From IMG/VR virus record IMGVR_UViG_3300033120_000231, positions 16,781 through 80,780 of that record: 64,000 bases of DNA; one strand, 5' to 3'. This document shows, piece after piece, positions 33,867-41,758 of the stretch (the first letter of the stretch is position 1; each line of letters begins with the position of its first letter). Under the pieces are notes generated by a model. The model was not told the origin of the DNA. It ran no database searches and saw only the letters and a list, made by a program, of their open reading frames with translations. Made by a program: the position numbers and the translations under genes. The stretch is from a virus (taxonomy: Duplodnaviria > Caudoviricetes).

Positions 33867-33902
33867 GGTTGCGTCCTTGCACCTATTTCTTCTGACTTAG
33901 GA

Positions 33903-34568
33903 TTAAGCCTTCTCGATCCTTTCTTGAGCAACCTTAAAGTACCCTTCATCCATTTCAATACCAATGAAGTTCCGATTAAGGTTCTTTGCTGCTACACCAG
34001 TTGTTCCTGAGCCCATAAAACAATCCAAAACTACATCACCTTCATTACTATGAATCATTATAAGTTCTTGCATCAGCTTTAAGGATTTCTGTGTAGGATG
34101 GAGTCCTTTGTCAATACTGCAAACAAACTTAGGTCTTTGATAAGATGAATCTTGTCTGTTAAATGTCCATTTAGCTTTTCTCTTAGTAAACCAAATAGCG
34201 CACTCATAGTCTGTGATATACCTACGATCACGGTTCCTTGGCATAGGATTCGATTTCTCTAATCTAAGCATATCTTTTGTGTCAAAGTCCAAGGACTCTG
34301 CAAACCTAGAAATATCACCAAGATTCTTCCAATCATTGAACACTACAAAACTACCATTCTTTGTAAGAACACGAGAGCATTCTTTAATGTAAGAAAACAA
34401 GTCTGCATTCTTATCCCACTCTCCGAAGTCAATACCTGCTCTACCCATAGTAGTAAAATTGTTGTCCCGTGCAATGTTATAAGGAGGATCAGTCAGCACT
34501 AAGTCAATAGACCCGTCAGGAATCTCTTTCATTCTTTCAAGGCAGTCGCCTTGCATTAGAGTAATCAT
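33903..34568 (-). CDS. DNA methyltransferase, N6-A/N4-C beta class
   Basis: LTDPPY...HPTQK...VLDCFMGSGTTG. Confidence 0.9.
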   Translation of the reverse strand: MITLMQGDCLERMKEIPDGSIDLVLTDPPYNIARDNNFTTMGRAGIDFGEWDKNADLFSYIKECSRVLTKNGSFVVFNDWKNLGDISRFAESLDFDTKDMLRLEKSNPMPRNRDRRYITDYECAIWFTKRKAKWTFNRQDSSYQRPKFVCSIDKGLHPTQKSLKLMQELIMIHSNEGDVVLDCFMGSGTTGVAAKNLNRNFIGIEMDEGYFKVAQERIEKA

Positions 34569-34750
34569 ATTAAACCTTTCATAGTTTGTTGTCGTTAAGG
34601 TCTAAAGTATAGCACAAGTCAGATAGCAATGAAGGGTATCTTTGTGTTATCAGGCTTCAACGAAGGCTGTAAAAGATGCTTAGTGTACACGATTTCACCC
34701 TGTCATGCAAGCATGAAGAGGATATTTGTTTGTTCAGACACAAAGATTGG

Positions 34751-34881
34751 GTGCTTGAGTCCGAAGGATGAGACTGCTTATAGTGCTTGAGTAGGAGTCT
34801 AGGTATTGTTGTATAAAAGATACAAAAATTCTATAAGCAGTATTTGCAGTTATATATATCTATGAGAAAAACTGCTTATAG
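34751..34881. repeat. short repeat cluster: CTGCTTATAG x3 (one inverted), GTGCTTGAGT x2
   Basis: 34774, 34831 (inverted), 34872; 34751, 34783. Confidence 0.7.
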
Positions 34882-34895
34882 CCTATTCTGCTCAT

Positions 34896-35579
34896 TTAGT
34901 AGGCACAATCAGATAGATCAAGTAGTTCTTTAGGTATGCTTTCCTTCTGCACTTTTACGACAAGACTAACCTTTGAGTTGCGTTCTTCCAGTTTCAAGGA
35001 TGTTTTATGCAGGCTTTCAAGCCAGTTAGTCAACAATCCACCTGTTGCACTACTTTGACTTGTCATTGCTTGTGCCATACCACAGATAGCTGATTTAATT
35101 GAAAGCACTGAGGGTACTTGATCCTTTTCTTCTTGTGTAGTTGCATTATCCAACAGTATCGTGTGCAATTCGTAAGCATACTCGTGAGTGCGTTGCTCGA
35201 TAGCCATAGCTTCTTGAATCACTTGTTCTGTCATAAATACGGAGAACTGTGGAACCATCCAATTAGGCCGAATAATATTTTCCTTGCTGCGCTTCTTGAT
35301 TCGTTGTACCACCTTATTCACATCCTTGTGCAGTTGTTCAGGTTTCTGGTCTTGGTCAATAGCTCGTGCAATTTCTCCTTTACTTACACCTTTTTGTGTA
35401 CGACTTTTCTTTTCAAGTTCATCAATTATCTCTTTTTCAATAGTTCTGACTGCCTTTAGATTGTGCCAGCACCAAGATAGGCTCACATCTAAAGCCTTAG
35501 AGATTTCTTCGTATGACTTCCCTTGTGTACGTAGTTCTTGTGCTTGAAGTTTAATTTCATTTGATATTTTCTTTGGCAT
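34896..35579 (-). CDS. HTH DNA-binding protein
   Basis: N-terminal AQELRTQGKSYEEISKALDVSLSWC. Confidence 0.7.
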   Translation of the reverse strand: MPKKISNEIKLQAQELRTQGKSYEEISKALDVSLSWCWHNLKAVRTIEKEIIDELEKKSRTQKGVSKGEIARAIDQDQKPEQLHKDVNKVVQRIKKRSKENIIRPNWMVPQFSVFMTEQVIQEAMAIEQRTHEYAYELHTILLDNATTQEEKDQVPSVLSIKSAICGMAQAMTSQSSATGGLLTNWLESLHKTSLKLEERNSKVSLVVKVQKESIPKELLDLSDCAY

Positions 35580-35592
35580 CTAATTCCTTATA

Positions 35593-35733
35593 TCACCAAG
35601 CCCAAGGCTCTTGTGGGCATATGTCGTTAGGATCATCGCTCTGGTATAAGTGATAATCCTCTACTTCAATTTCGTTTTCTAGTTCTTCATCAGCCAGAAG
35701 ATCAGTGATTTGTTGGTTAAGAATTACTTTCAT
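35593..35733 (-). CDS. small acidic hypothetical protein
   Basis: 46-aa ORF filling a gap; no clear RBS. Confidence 0.35.
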   Translation of the reverse strand: MKVILNQQITDLLADEELENEIEVEDYHLYQSDDPNDICPQEPWAW

Positions 35734-35746
35734 ATTTATGGCCGTG

Positions 35747-36463
35747 TTAGTAGAATTCTTTAATAATCTTATTACTTAGAAGTTCTTGTCTTTCTATTAT
35801 CATTTCATTAATTTCTTTAGTTAGTTTAGGATGTTCTTTTACTACATATTCTCTGAAATCCTCAACTACAGAATCTGCAAATAGAAATGATAACCCTTCA
35901 GTTGTATTTAAGTTCAAATAAAAATAATTTAAGAAGGATTTCTTGCTATCTTGTATTTTGGTATTTCTACATGAGTTAATTATTGCCTTAATCTTCTGCT
36001 GTACAGAATTATTTGTAAATTTTACAGCACATCCCACGATACAAGAGTATACGGAATGCTCATCAATTAATCTATGTAGTCTATTATGATCGGCGATTGC
36101 GATCTCCTTGTTTTCTACCATAGTCATAGACTTGTCCAGAACAAACTTTTTAAATAAGGCAAGGCTTCTCATTTTATTTATTTTACTAGAGTCTGTAAAC
36201 ACCTTATTAAGAGGGGGTTTTACTGCTCTGATTAAGAATTCCTCCCTCGCAGCAGCATCTTGCTTTGTGTCAAACTTCTCTATATCAATCGAAAACACTA
36301 CCCCATTAAAGTGCATTCTATTCAATTCATAAACATGTGAGCACCCACTGTTAACATGCTTTTGTCTTCCATAAGCACCATGACCAATATAGTATATTAG
36401 ATCATTGTGGCTTACTTTATATACCACATACAATTTATCTTTAATGTTTTTCTTTTTCTTCAT
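35747..36463 (-). CDS. GIY-YIG-like endonuclease-domain protein
   Basis: YVVYKV...IYYIGHG...R...AAAREEFLI..KPPLN. Confidence 0.65.
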   Translation of the reverse strand: MKKKKNIKDKLYVVYKVSHNDLIYYIGHGAYGRQKHVNSGCSHVYELNRMHFNGVVFSIDIEKFDTKQDAAAREEFLIRAVKPPLNKVFTDSSKINKMRSLALFKKFVLDKSMTMVENKEIAIADHNRLHRLIDEHSVYSCIVGCAVKFTNNSVQQKIKAIINSCRNTKIQDSKKSFLNYFYLNLNTTEGLSFLFADSVVEDFREYVVKEHPKLTKEINEMIIERQELLSNKIIKEFY

Positions 36464-36713
36464 TTTTTCCTACAACCTCGTAACAATTCCAACCTCTGTC
36501 ATTCTTAGTTACATTAATGTAACCTGCCATCTGCAATGCCTTCACAGCCTTGGCTACTGTAATCTCTGTGAGAGTGGTAATACCGGCGAGAGCAGAGTAT
36601 GAAATATTAGATTGTGTATTACTCTTAACACCCTGAGAAATAACCGCCATTACAATCTTTGTTGCAGCAGACAAGTTTGCATCTTGCATTACATTTTTCG
36701 TGATTTCGTACAT
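36441..36713 (-). CDS. winged-HTH protein
   Basis: LSAATKIV...ISYSALAGIT..TEITVAKAVKALQMAGYI. Confidence 0.7.
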   Translation of the reverse strand: MYEITKNVMQDANLSAATKIVMAVISQGVKSNTQSNISYSALAGITTLTEITVAKAVKALQMAGYINVTKNDRGWNCYEVVGKNEEKEKH

Positions 36714-36742
36714 AGTTCTCCTATTTAATTAGTACAAGTTTA

Positions 36743-36771
36743 ATTATACCATACTTTCTTTGATATTACAA
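36743..36771 (-). promoter_or_regulatory. sigma70 promoter
   Basis: TTGTAA-17-TATAAT with TG. Confidence 0.75.
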
Positions 36772-36863
36772 GCGAAATCTTTGTGCTCTGATATGTACTT
36801 CATAATAGTATAACTCTTCCCCGATCCCGGTAGTGCATCCAGTACTTCAATTTGTTGTGTCAT
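36744..36863 (-). pseudogene. 39-codon stub of a P-loop helicase-like gene
   Basis: MTQQIEVLDALPGSGKSY (Walker A) then a stop; AAAGGA RBS. Confidence 0.6.
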
Positions 36864-36888
36864 TTAAAATCCTTTGGTTTTAAAATTG

Positions 36889-37023
36889 TCAAATCAACCC
36901 CATCATAAGTGCAGTTTCATATGCTTCTTCATAGCCCTCTGCTTGAATTATGAAGTAATCATCAGACATAAAACTCAAAGGTTCCTCTGTGATTGTACCA
37001 TCAGGGTACACGTAATAACTCAT
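36889..37023 (-). CDS. small hypothetical protein (44 aa)
   Basis: AAGGAG RBS; MSYYVYPDGTITEEPL... Confidence 0.6.
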   Translation of the reverse strand: MSYYVYPDGTITEEPLSFMSDDYFIIQAEGYEEAYETALMMGLI

Positions 37024-37081
37024 ACCTTTTCTCCTTTCAAATAAAAACTCTTGCTAATCAAGTTATTTCTTACGAAACACC

Positions 37082-37110
37082 TTGTCAAAATGTACTTTCC
37101 ATGCTATAAT
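37082..37110 (+). promoter_or_regulatory. sigma70 promoter
   Basis: TTGTCA-17-TATAAT with TG. Confidence 0.8.
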
Positions 37111-37176
37111 AACCCTTATAGACGTTCAGAAAAGAACTACTTCATCTAACATCAATCCTACCATGAAAGGAAACCT

Positions 37177-37512
37177 ATGTCAACCCATAAAGAAACCCGC
37201 CTTGTTCATTGCTACGATCCTGTAGCGTTTGTAATCGCTGTTGAGCAAGGTGTCAAGGATGGCTTCAGCCTAGACCTTGTGACTCCAGAGCACTACCCGC
37301 AACAGATTGGTTTCCAGTTCATCTGCACGATGGTAAAGGATGAACAACAAGAAGTCAAGAACCATCAGAAGGCTCAAGAAGAGGCTGTAGCAGAACAGAC
37401 TACCGAAGGTACTCAAGAGCAATCTGAGGCTGCTGTAGAGGCTCCTAAGAAGGCTGAAACGGCTACACAAGACGTTAAGGCGAAGCCTGGACGGCCTGCT
37501 AAGGGTAAGTAA
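37177..37512 (+). CDS. hypothetical protein with low-complexity tail
   Basis: Ends KPGRPAKGK; AAGGA RBS. Confidence 0.7.
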   Translation: MSTHKETRLVHCYDPVAFVIAVEQGVKDGFSLDLVTPEHYPQQIGFQFICTMVKDEQQEVKNHQKAQEEAVAEQTTEGTQEQSEAAVEAPKKAETATQDVKAKPGRPAKGK

Positions 37513-37541
37513 GGTTTAACACAAAGTAAAGGAGAATACTT

Positions 37542-38294
37542 TTGACAACAGCACGTAAGGTTACAAGGAAGACTCGTTCCGATGCAGGAACGACACGAAC
37601 AGTAAAGCCTAAATTTATGGAAGAGCGTCAGCAGAAGGTTCAGTCAAAACCGATTGTCCCTATGAACGACAAGCAGCGAGAGTACATTGAACTTATTAAT
37701 GAGAAAAATGTTATTGTAGCTACTGGCTATCCGGGCACAAGCAAGACGTACCTTCCAACAGCAATTGCAGCAGACTTGTACAAACTTGGGCAGATTAATA
37801 AAATTTATATCACACGACCTGCTGTTAGTACAAGTAAGTCAATAGGCTATACAAAAGGTTCATTTTTAGAAAAAATGACCCCTTGGCTGGGAGGGGTAAT
37901 TCCAATCTTTCAAGAACGTCTTGGTAAACCTGAGTTTGAGATTGCATTGGAGGCCGAAGACATTACTTATATTCCAATGGAGACAATCAAGGGTATGTCT
38001 ATCTCTGACGGGTGGCTTTTGGTTGAAGAGGCAAGTGATCTTACGAAAGATGAAGTAATTAAAATCGTTACTCGCATGGGCAAAGGGAGCAAACTGATTC
38101 TTTCTGGCGATATTCGGCAGTCAGAGCTAAAAGAAACATCCGGCCTTGCGTGGATGGCTGATTTTGTAAATCGGCACAATCTAAATAAGAACTTTGGTTT
38201 TATTGATTTTAACGATGTTAATGATATCGTTCGCAGTAATACAGTCAGAGAATTTATCGTGTGTCTTGTGCGTGATGAGAAGAAAGGTAATTAA
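37542..38294 (+). CDS. phoH: PhoH-like ATPase
   Basis: GYPGTSKT...TRP...IKGMS...VEEAS...TRMG..SKLILSGDIRQS. Confidence 0.9.
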   Translation: MTTARKVTRKTRSDAGTTRTVKPKFMEERQQKVQSKPIVPMNDKQREYIELINEKNVIVATGYPGTSKTYLPTAIAADLYKLGQINKIYITRPAVSTSKSIGYTKGSFLEKMTPWLGGVIPIFQERLGKPEFEIALEAEDITYIPMETIKGMSISDGWLLVEEASDLTKDEVIKIVTRMGKGSKLILSGDIRQSELKETSGLAWMADFVNRHNLNKNFGFIDFNDVNDIVRSNTVREFIVCLVRDEKKGN

Positions 38295-38908
38295 TGAGCA
38301 GAGCAATTAAAGATTATAATTCCGTAGACTGGAACTCTTTGTTCTATTACGACAGTAATTCTCCAACAGGGCTTTCGTGGAAAACAGATCGCATGGCAGG
38401 TAAATGGATGACAATTTTCGCTGCAAGAAAAGGAGATTTTGCAGGCAATATCCATTTCAATAAGAAGAAGAAGAACACCAAGTATGCAACCGTCCCACAC
38501 GCAGGTACGAATTGGTTTGCTCATAGAGTTATTTGGATTATGGAAAATGGTTATCTAGATAAAGAGAAGGTCGTTGATCACATTGATTGTAACTCCCTCA
38601 ATAATGAACTTTCAAACCTTCGGATTGTTGAACAAGAATTGAATGTAAAGAACTGTCCTAAACGTAAAGACAATAACACAGGAGAGTCAGGTGTTCATTT
38701 CACAAAGTCCAAAGGTAGAAAAGTAGACTCGTACACCTATGCAACCGCAACGTGGTATCCAGAGAGTAATAAGAGAATGTGTAAGCATTTCTCAGTTAAC
38801 TCTATGGGTCTTCTACCAGCGTTCAAAGCAGCAGTAGAGTACCGTCGCAAGATGATTGAAGAACTGAACGCTCAAGGCGCAGGTTATACAGAAAATCATG
38901 GTAAATAA
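38294..38908 (+). CDS. HNH homing endonuclease
   Basis: AHRVIW...VDHIDCNSLNNELSNLRIV; GAGYTENHG C-terminus. Confidence 0.9.
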   Translation: MSRAIKDYNSVDWNSLFYYDSNSPTGLSWKTDRMAGKWMTIFAARKGDFAGNIHFNKKKKNTKYATVPHAGTNWFAHRVIWIMENGYLDKEKVVDHIDCNSLNNELSNLRIVEQELNVKNCPKRKDNNTGESGVHFTKSKGRKVDSYTYATATWYPESNKRMCKHFSVNSMGLLPAFKAAVEYRRKMIEELNAQGAGYTENHGK

Positions 38909-38920
38909 GAAAGGGCAAGT

Positions 38921-39175
38921 ATGACTGATTCAGAACTAGCAACTAAAGCTCAAGGTATTGCTCGTTGTCTTTCTTATAATGGAAATGAACACGAAGCTGC
39001 AGCAAAGCACATTCTTCTAGAAATGGCACATAGACTGGATAACCAAGTTTCTCGTGTTCATAAAAAGAAAGACGGATTTCTGATTGTGAATGCAAGGGGC
39101 GGTTCACGCTTTCTTACGTTCAAAGAATCAATGCTATACCGATTCTTCGGTGTTCTTCCAAATAAAGTACGATGA
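38921..39175 (+). CDS. hypothetical protein
   Basis: ORF in operon context. Confidence 0.65.
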   Translation: MTDSELATKAQGIARCLSYNGNEHEAAAKHILLEMAHRLDNQVSRVHKKKDGFLIVNARGGSRFLTFKESMLYRFFGVLPNKVR

Positions 39176-39867
39176 AAGGAAAAATGATGAACAAGAAATT
39201 CACACGAAACAACGATGAAGACGACGAAGATGATGAGTTTTCTAGTCAAAAAAAGGTTCAATATTACAAAAAAGCACACCCTTCTTTTGAGTTGATTGTT
39301 AATTTGAATAATCAAGTCATGGGGCCTGATCACTACTTTGACTTGGTTGAGGAAATGGAGTCTTTGACCGAAAATGATATTGTTGACCTCAAGGTAAATT
39401 CACCCGGTGGCCGACTTGACGGCTTGGTTTATTTGGTAAATGCTATCAGAGACTGTGAAGCCCCTGTCATTGGTACATTAAGTGGAGAAGCAGCCAGTGC
39501 TGCTACAGTACTCCTGTTGTCGTGCGATGGTTTACGAATCAAACCGTACTCTACGATGATGCTTCACTCAGCAAGTTTTGGTGGGTATAATCATCAGTCC
39601 AATATGGTGAGTCAAACTGTATTTGTAGACAAGCAAGCACGAAAGATTCTTACAGATGCGTATCAGGATTTCGTTTCCCCATCAGAACTGGATTCTATTT
39701 TCTCTGGACTTGAACTTCGACTGGACTATGACCAAATCATCGAACGCCTTGAACGCAGGGATGAAATTCGTAAGCAACGTTTCCAAGAAGAGATTGAAGC
39801 ACGGGAGAGGGCTGAGAATGAACCCAAGAAACCCTCCCGTAAGAAAAAGGAACCCTCTCAGGCATGA
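39172..39867 (+). CDS. clpP: ClpP-like serine protease
   Basis: VNSPGG...AASAA...MLH catalytic motifs. Confidence 0.85.
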   Translation: MKGKMMNKKFTRNNDEDDEDDEFSSQKKVQYYKKAHPSFELIVNLNNQVMGPDHYFDLVEEMESLTENDIVDLKVNSPGGRLDGLVYLVNAIRDCEAPVIGTLSGEAASAATVLLLSCDGLRIKPYSTMMLHSASFGGYNHQSNMVSQTVFVDKQARKILTDAYQDFVSPSELDSIFSGLELRLDYDQIIERLERRDEIRKQRFQEEIEARERAENEPKKPSRKKKEPSQA

Positions 39868-40364
39868 ACAAGCAATCTCTAGAGCGACTAAAAGAGCTTC
39901 TGGAGTACAACCCTGAGACTGGTAAGGTGACTATAAAGAAATCTCAACGTACTCTTACGTGCGATAACGATGGAATTGTAGTCATCTTTGATTCTAAAGC
40001 CAAGCCTAAAACAAGAAAGTATAAACTAGAACGCATTGCGTACTACTTGGCTTTTTCTACGATGCCAAGGGAAGATCAAAAGGTTCTTCACAAGAATCTT
40101 GATACAGAAGACAACAGAATTCAAAATCTTTCCTTAGTGTCTAGAACAGTTTTCAGGCAAATCAAAGAAGCTCACAGAAATCTTACTGGTGGGATACACA
40201 TCATACCTCATGCTACTGATCAGTTCTCTTATATCTTGAAATGGTTTGAGAATGGGATTGAGAAAAGTAAGATTATTCAAGATATTGTTGTTGCTAGGAG
40301 ACAGCAGTTGAGATTGCAATTGAAGTACAGTAAGATATTAACAAAATATTGTGTTTTTGATTAG
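39864..40364 (+). CDS. HNH-like protein (degenerate)
   Basis: RLKELLEYNPETG...LHKNLDTEDNRIQNLSLV. Confidence 0.6.
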   Translation: MNKQSLERLKELLEYNPETGKVTIKKSQRTLTCDNDGIVVIFDSKAKPKTRKYKLERIAYYLAFSTMPREDQKVLHKNLDTEDNRIQNLSLVSRTVFRQIKEAHRNLTGGIHIIPHATDQFSYILKWFENGIEKSKIIQDIVVARRQQLRLQLKYSKILTKYCVFD

Positions 40365-40392
40365 CACTCTATTAAAAATAAACGTATTTGAC

Positions 40393-40421
40393 TAGACTTT
40401 TAGATATTTTGATGGTATAAT
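40393..40421 (+). promoter_or_regulatory. sigma70 promoter for the tRNA/terminase unit
   Basis: TAGACT-17-TATAAT with TG. Confidence 0.75.
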
Positions 40422-40446
40422 CAAGATTAGTAATAAATCAATTAAA

Positions 40447-40617
40447 GCTTTACTCAAGTTCAATGACCTCCGGTGTGTATTCTGGGTCTTTAATCTCCTT
40501 TCAACTCAGGTTAACTTCACATCTACTCCTTCTAGTGAGCCACTGAGTAAAGCCTAACTGTCTGTGTTCACTGTATGTTTACATGCGGTCTACGGCAGAC
40601 CCAGAACCATCACTGGG
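40447..40617 (+). ncRNA. candidate structured RNA 5' of the tRNA pair
   Basis: 10-bp GCTTTACTCA/TGAGTAAAGC closing stem plus several hairpins; folded by eye. Confidence 0.4.
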
Positions 40618-40652
40618 ACTTACATCAACTAATAATAAGAACAACAAACATC

Positions 40653-40829
40653 ATGGCTATTTGCACAACTTGCCAAAGATACTACAGGCAATCTCAATAC
40701 AATTCCTCAGATCAATGTGATGAATGCATTGATTCACTGAAGGTTACTCTTTTTGATGAAGAGGACACTCTTGAGGTTGAGCATTTGCTTAATCCGTCAG
40801 GTTCTACACGGCCTGTGTTTTATGATTGA
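40653..40829 (+). CDS. small Zn-finger-like protein (58 aa)
   Basis: CTTC-x14-CDEC. Confidence 0.6.
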   Translation: MAICTTCQRYYRQSQYNSSDQCDECIDSLKVTLFDEEDTLEVEHLLNPSGSTRPVFYD

Positions 40830-40846
40830 AAATTAAGGAAAATAAA

Positions 40847-40894
40847 ATGGCATGTAAACCTGGTAAACCTTCTCCTAAACCGCCGAAGAAGTAA
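40847..40894 (+). CDS. 15-aa Lys/Pro micropeptide
   Basis: AAGGA RBS; MACKPGKPSPKPPKK. Confidence 0.4.
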   Translation: MACKPGKPSPKPPKK

Positions 40895-40970
40895 TTTTAT
40901 AATGTATCTCATAGTGAACATTTTGTCTTATTTTTGATGAAGTGTTCATTCTAAGAAACACTTTCAGTAC

Positions 40971-41046
40971 GCAGCATTCGTCTATCGGTTTAGGACATTT
41001 GGTTTTCATCCAAATAAGAGCAGTTCAACTCTGCTATGCTGTACCA
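40971..41046 (+). tRNA. trnE: tRNA-Glu (UUC), CCA encoded
   Basis: Anticodon arm TTTGG-TTTTCAT-CCAAA; T arm AGCAG-TTCAACT-CTGCT; ACCA end. Confidence 0.92.
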
Positions 41047-41054
41047 AATAATCA

Positions 41055-41140
41055 GGAGATGTGGCCGAGTGGTTGAAGGCGACGGACTGTAAATTCGTTC
41101 TGTAAAAAGCACAGTGGTTCAAATCCATTCATCTCCACCA
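41055..41140 (+). tRNA. trnY: tRNA-Tyr (GUA), long variable arm, CCA encoded
   Basis: GGAGATG/CATCTCC; ACGGA-CTGTAAA-TTCGT; TTCAAAT T loop. Confidence 0.95.
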
Positions 41141-41144
41141 AACA

Positions 41145-41337
41145 AGGGTTTATCCCTAATCATCCACGCTACCGGTGGAACGTTATGGTTCTGGCAGCAC
41201 CGCCAAGTGCTTCAGGTGTCATAATAGGTTAATCTAGTGCGCTTGCGTTATCAACGCAGGTAAGGGCTTGTAATGAGCTGCCAGCACTCCTGTATTCTAG
41301 TAAGCAGGAACTATTCATTCAGCCCGTATATCGGGCT
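41145..41337 (+). ncRNA. candidate structured RNA between tRNA-Tyr and terS
   Basis: CTGGCAGC/GCTGCCAG long-range stem and five hairpins; no ORF. Confidence 0.45.
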
Positions 41338-41357
41338 TTAGTATTTGGAGAATACAT

Positions 41358-41750
41358 ATGGTGTTTAAAGCACGAAAAGACAATGGTGGGAAGGTCGATG
41401 CTGCGATTAATACCCGTGGAAGACCCCTAAAGAAAGATGAAAAGACGCTCACGCGAAGAGAAGCTAAAGATAAAGAGATGCTTACTCTTGCGAGAAAGCT
41501 TAAACCAGGGGCACAAGTTGCTTTGAAGGAAGCCTTGAAGATTTTGAATAATGAAAAGGCTAGTGAAGCTGCGAAGTTGAAGGCTGCTGAGATTTATTTG
41601 AAGTATTTTACGTTGACTATGGATAAGCTCTATGCGCCTTCAGGTGATGGGGAGGTTCCTGAAAGCGAAACCAAGGTAGAAGACGTGCAGCCACAGAATA
41701 ATCAACCAATTTTGTCTTTGAGAATTATACAACCAGAACAACAAGAATAA
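41358..41750 (+). CDS. terS: terminase small subunit (putative)
   Basis: Position before terL; GRP motif; size. Confidence 0.65.
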   Translation: MVFKARKDNGGKVDAAINTRGRPLKKDEKTLTRREAKDKEMLTLARKLKPGAQVALKEALKILNNEKASEAAKLKAAEIYLKYFTLTMDKLYAPSGDGEVPESETKVEDVQPQNNQPILSLRIIQPEQQE

Positions 41751-41758
41751 GGATTTAA

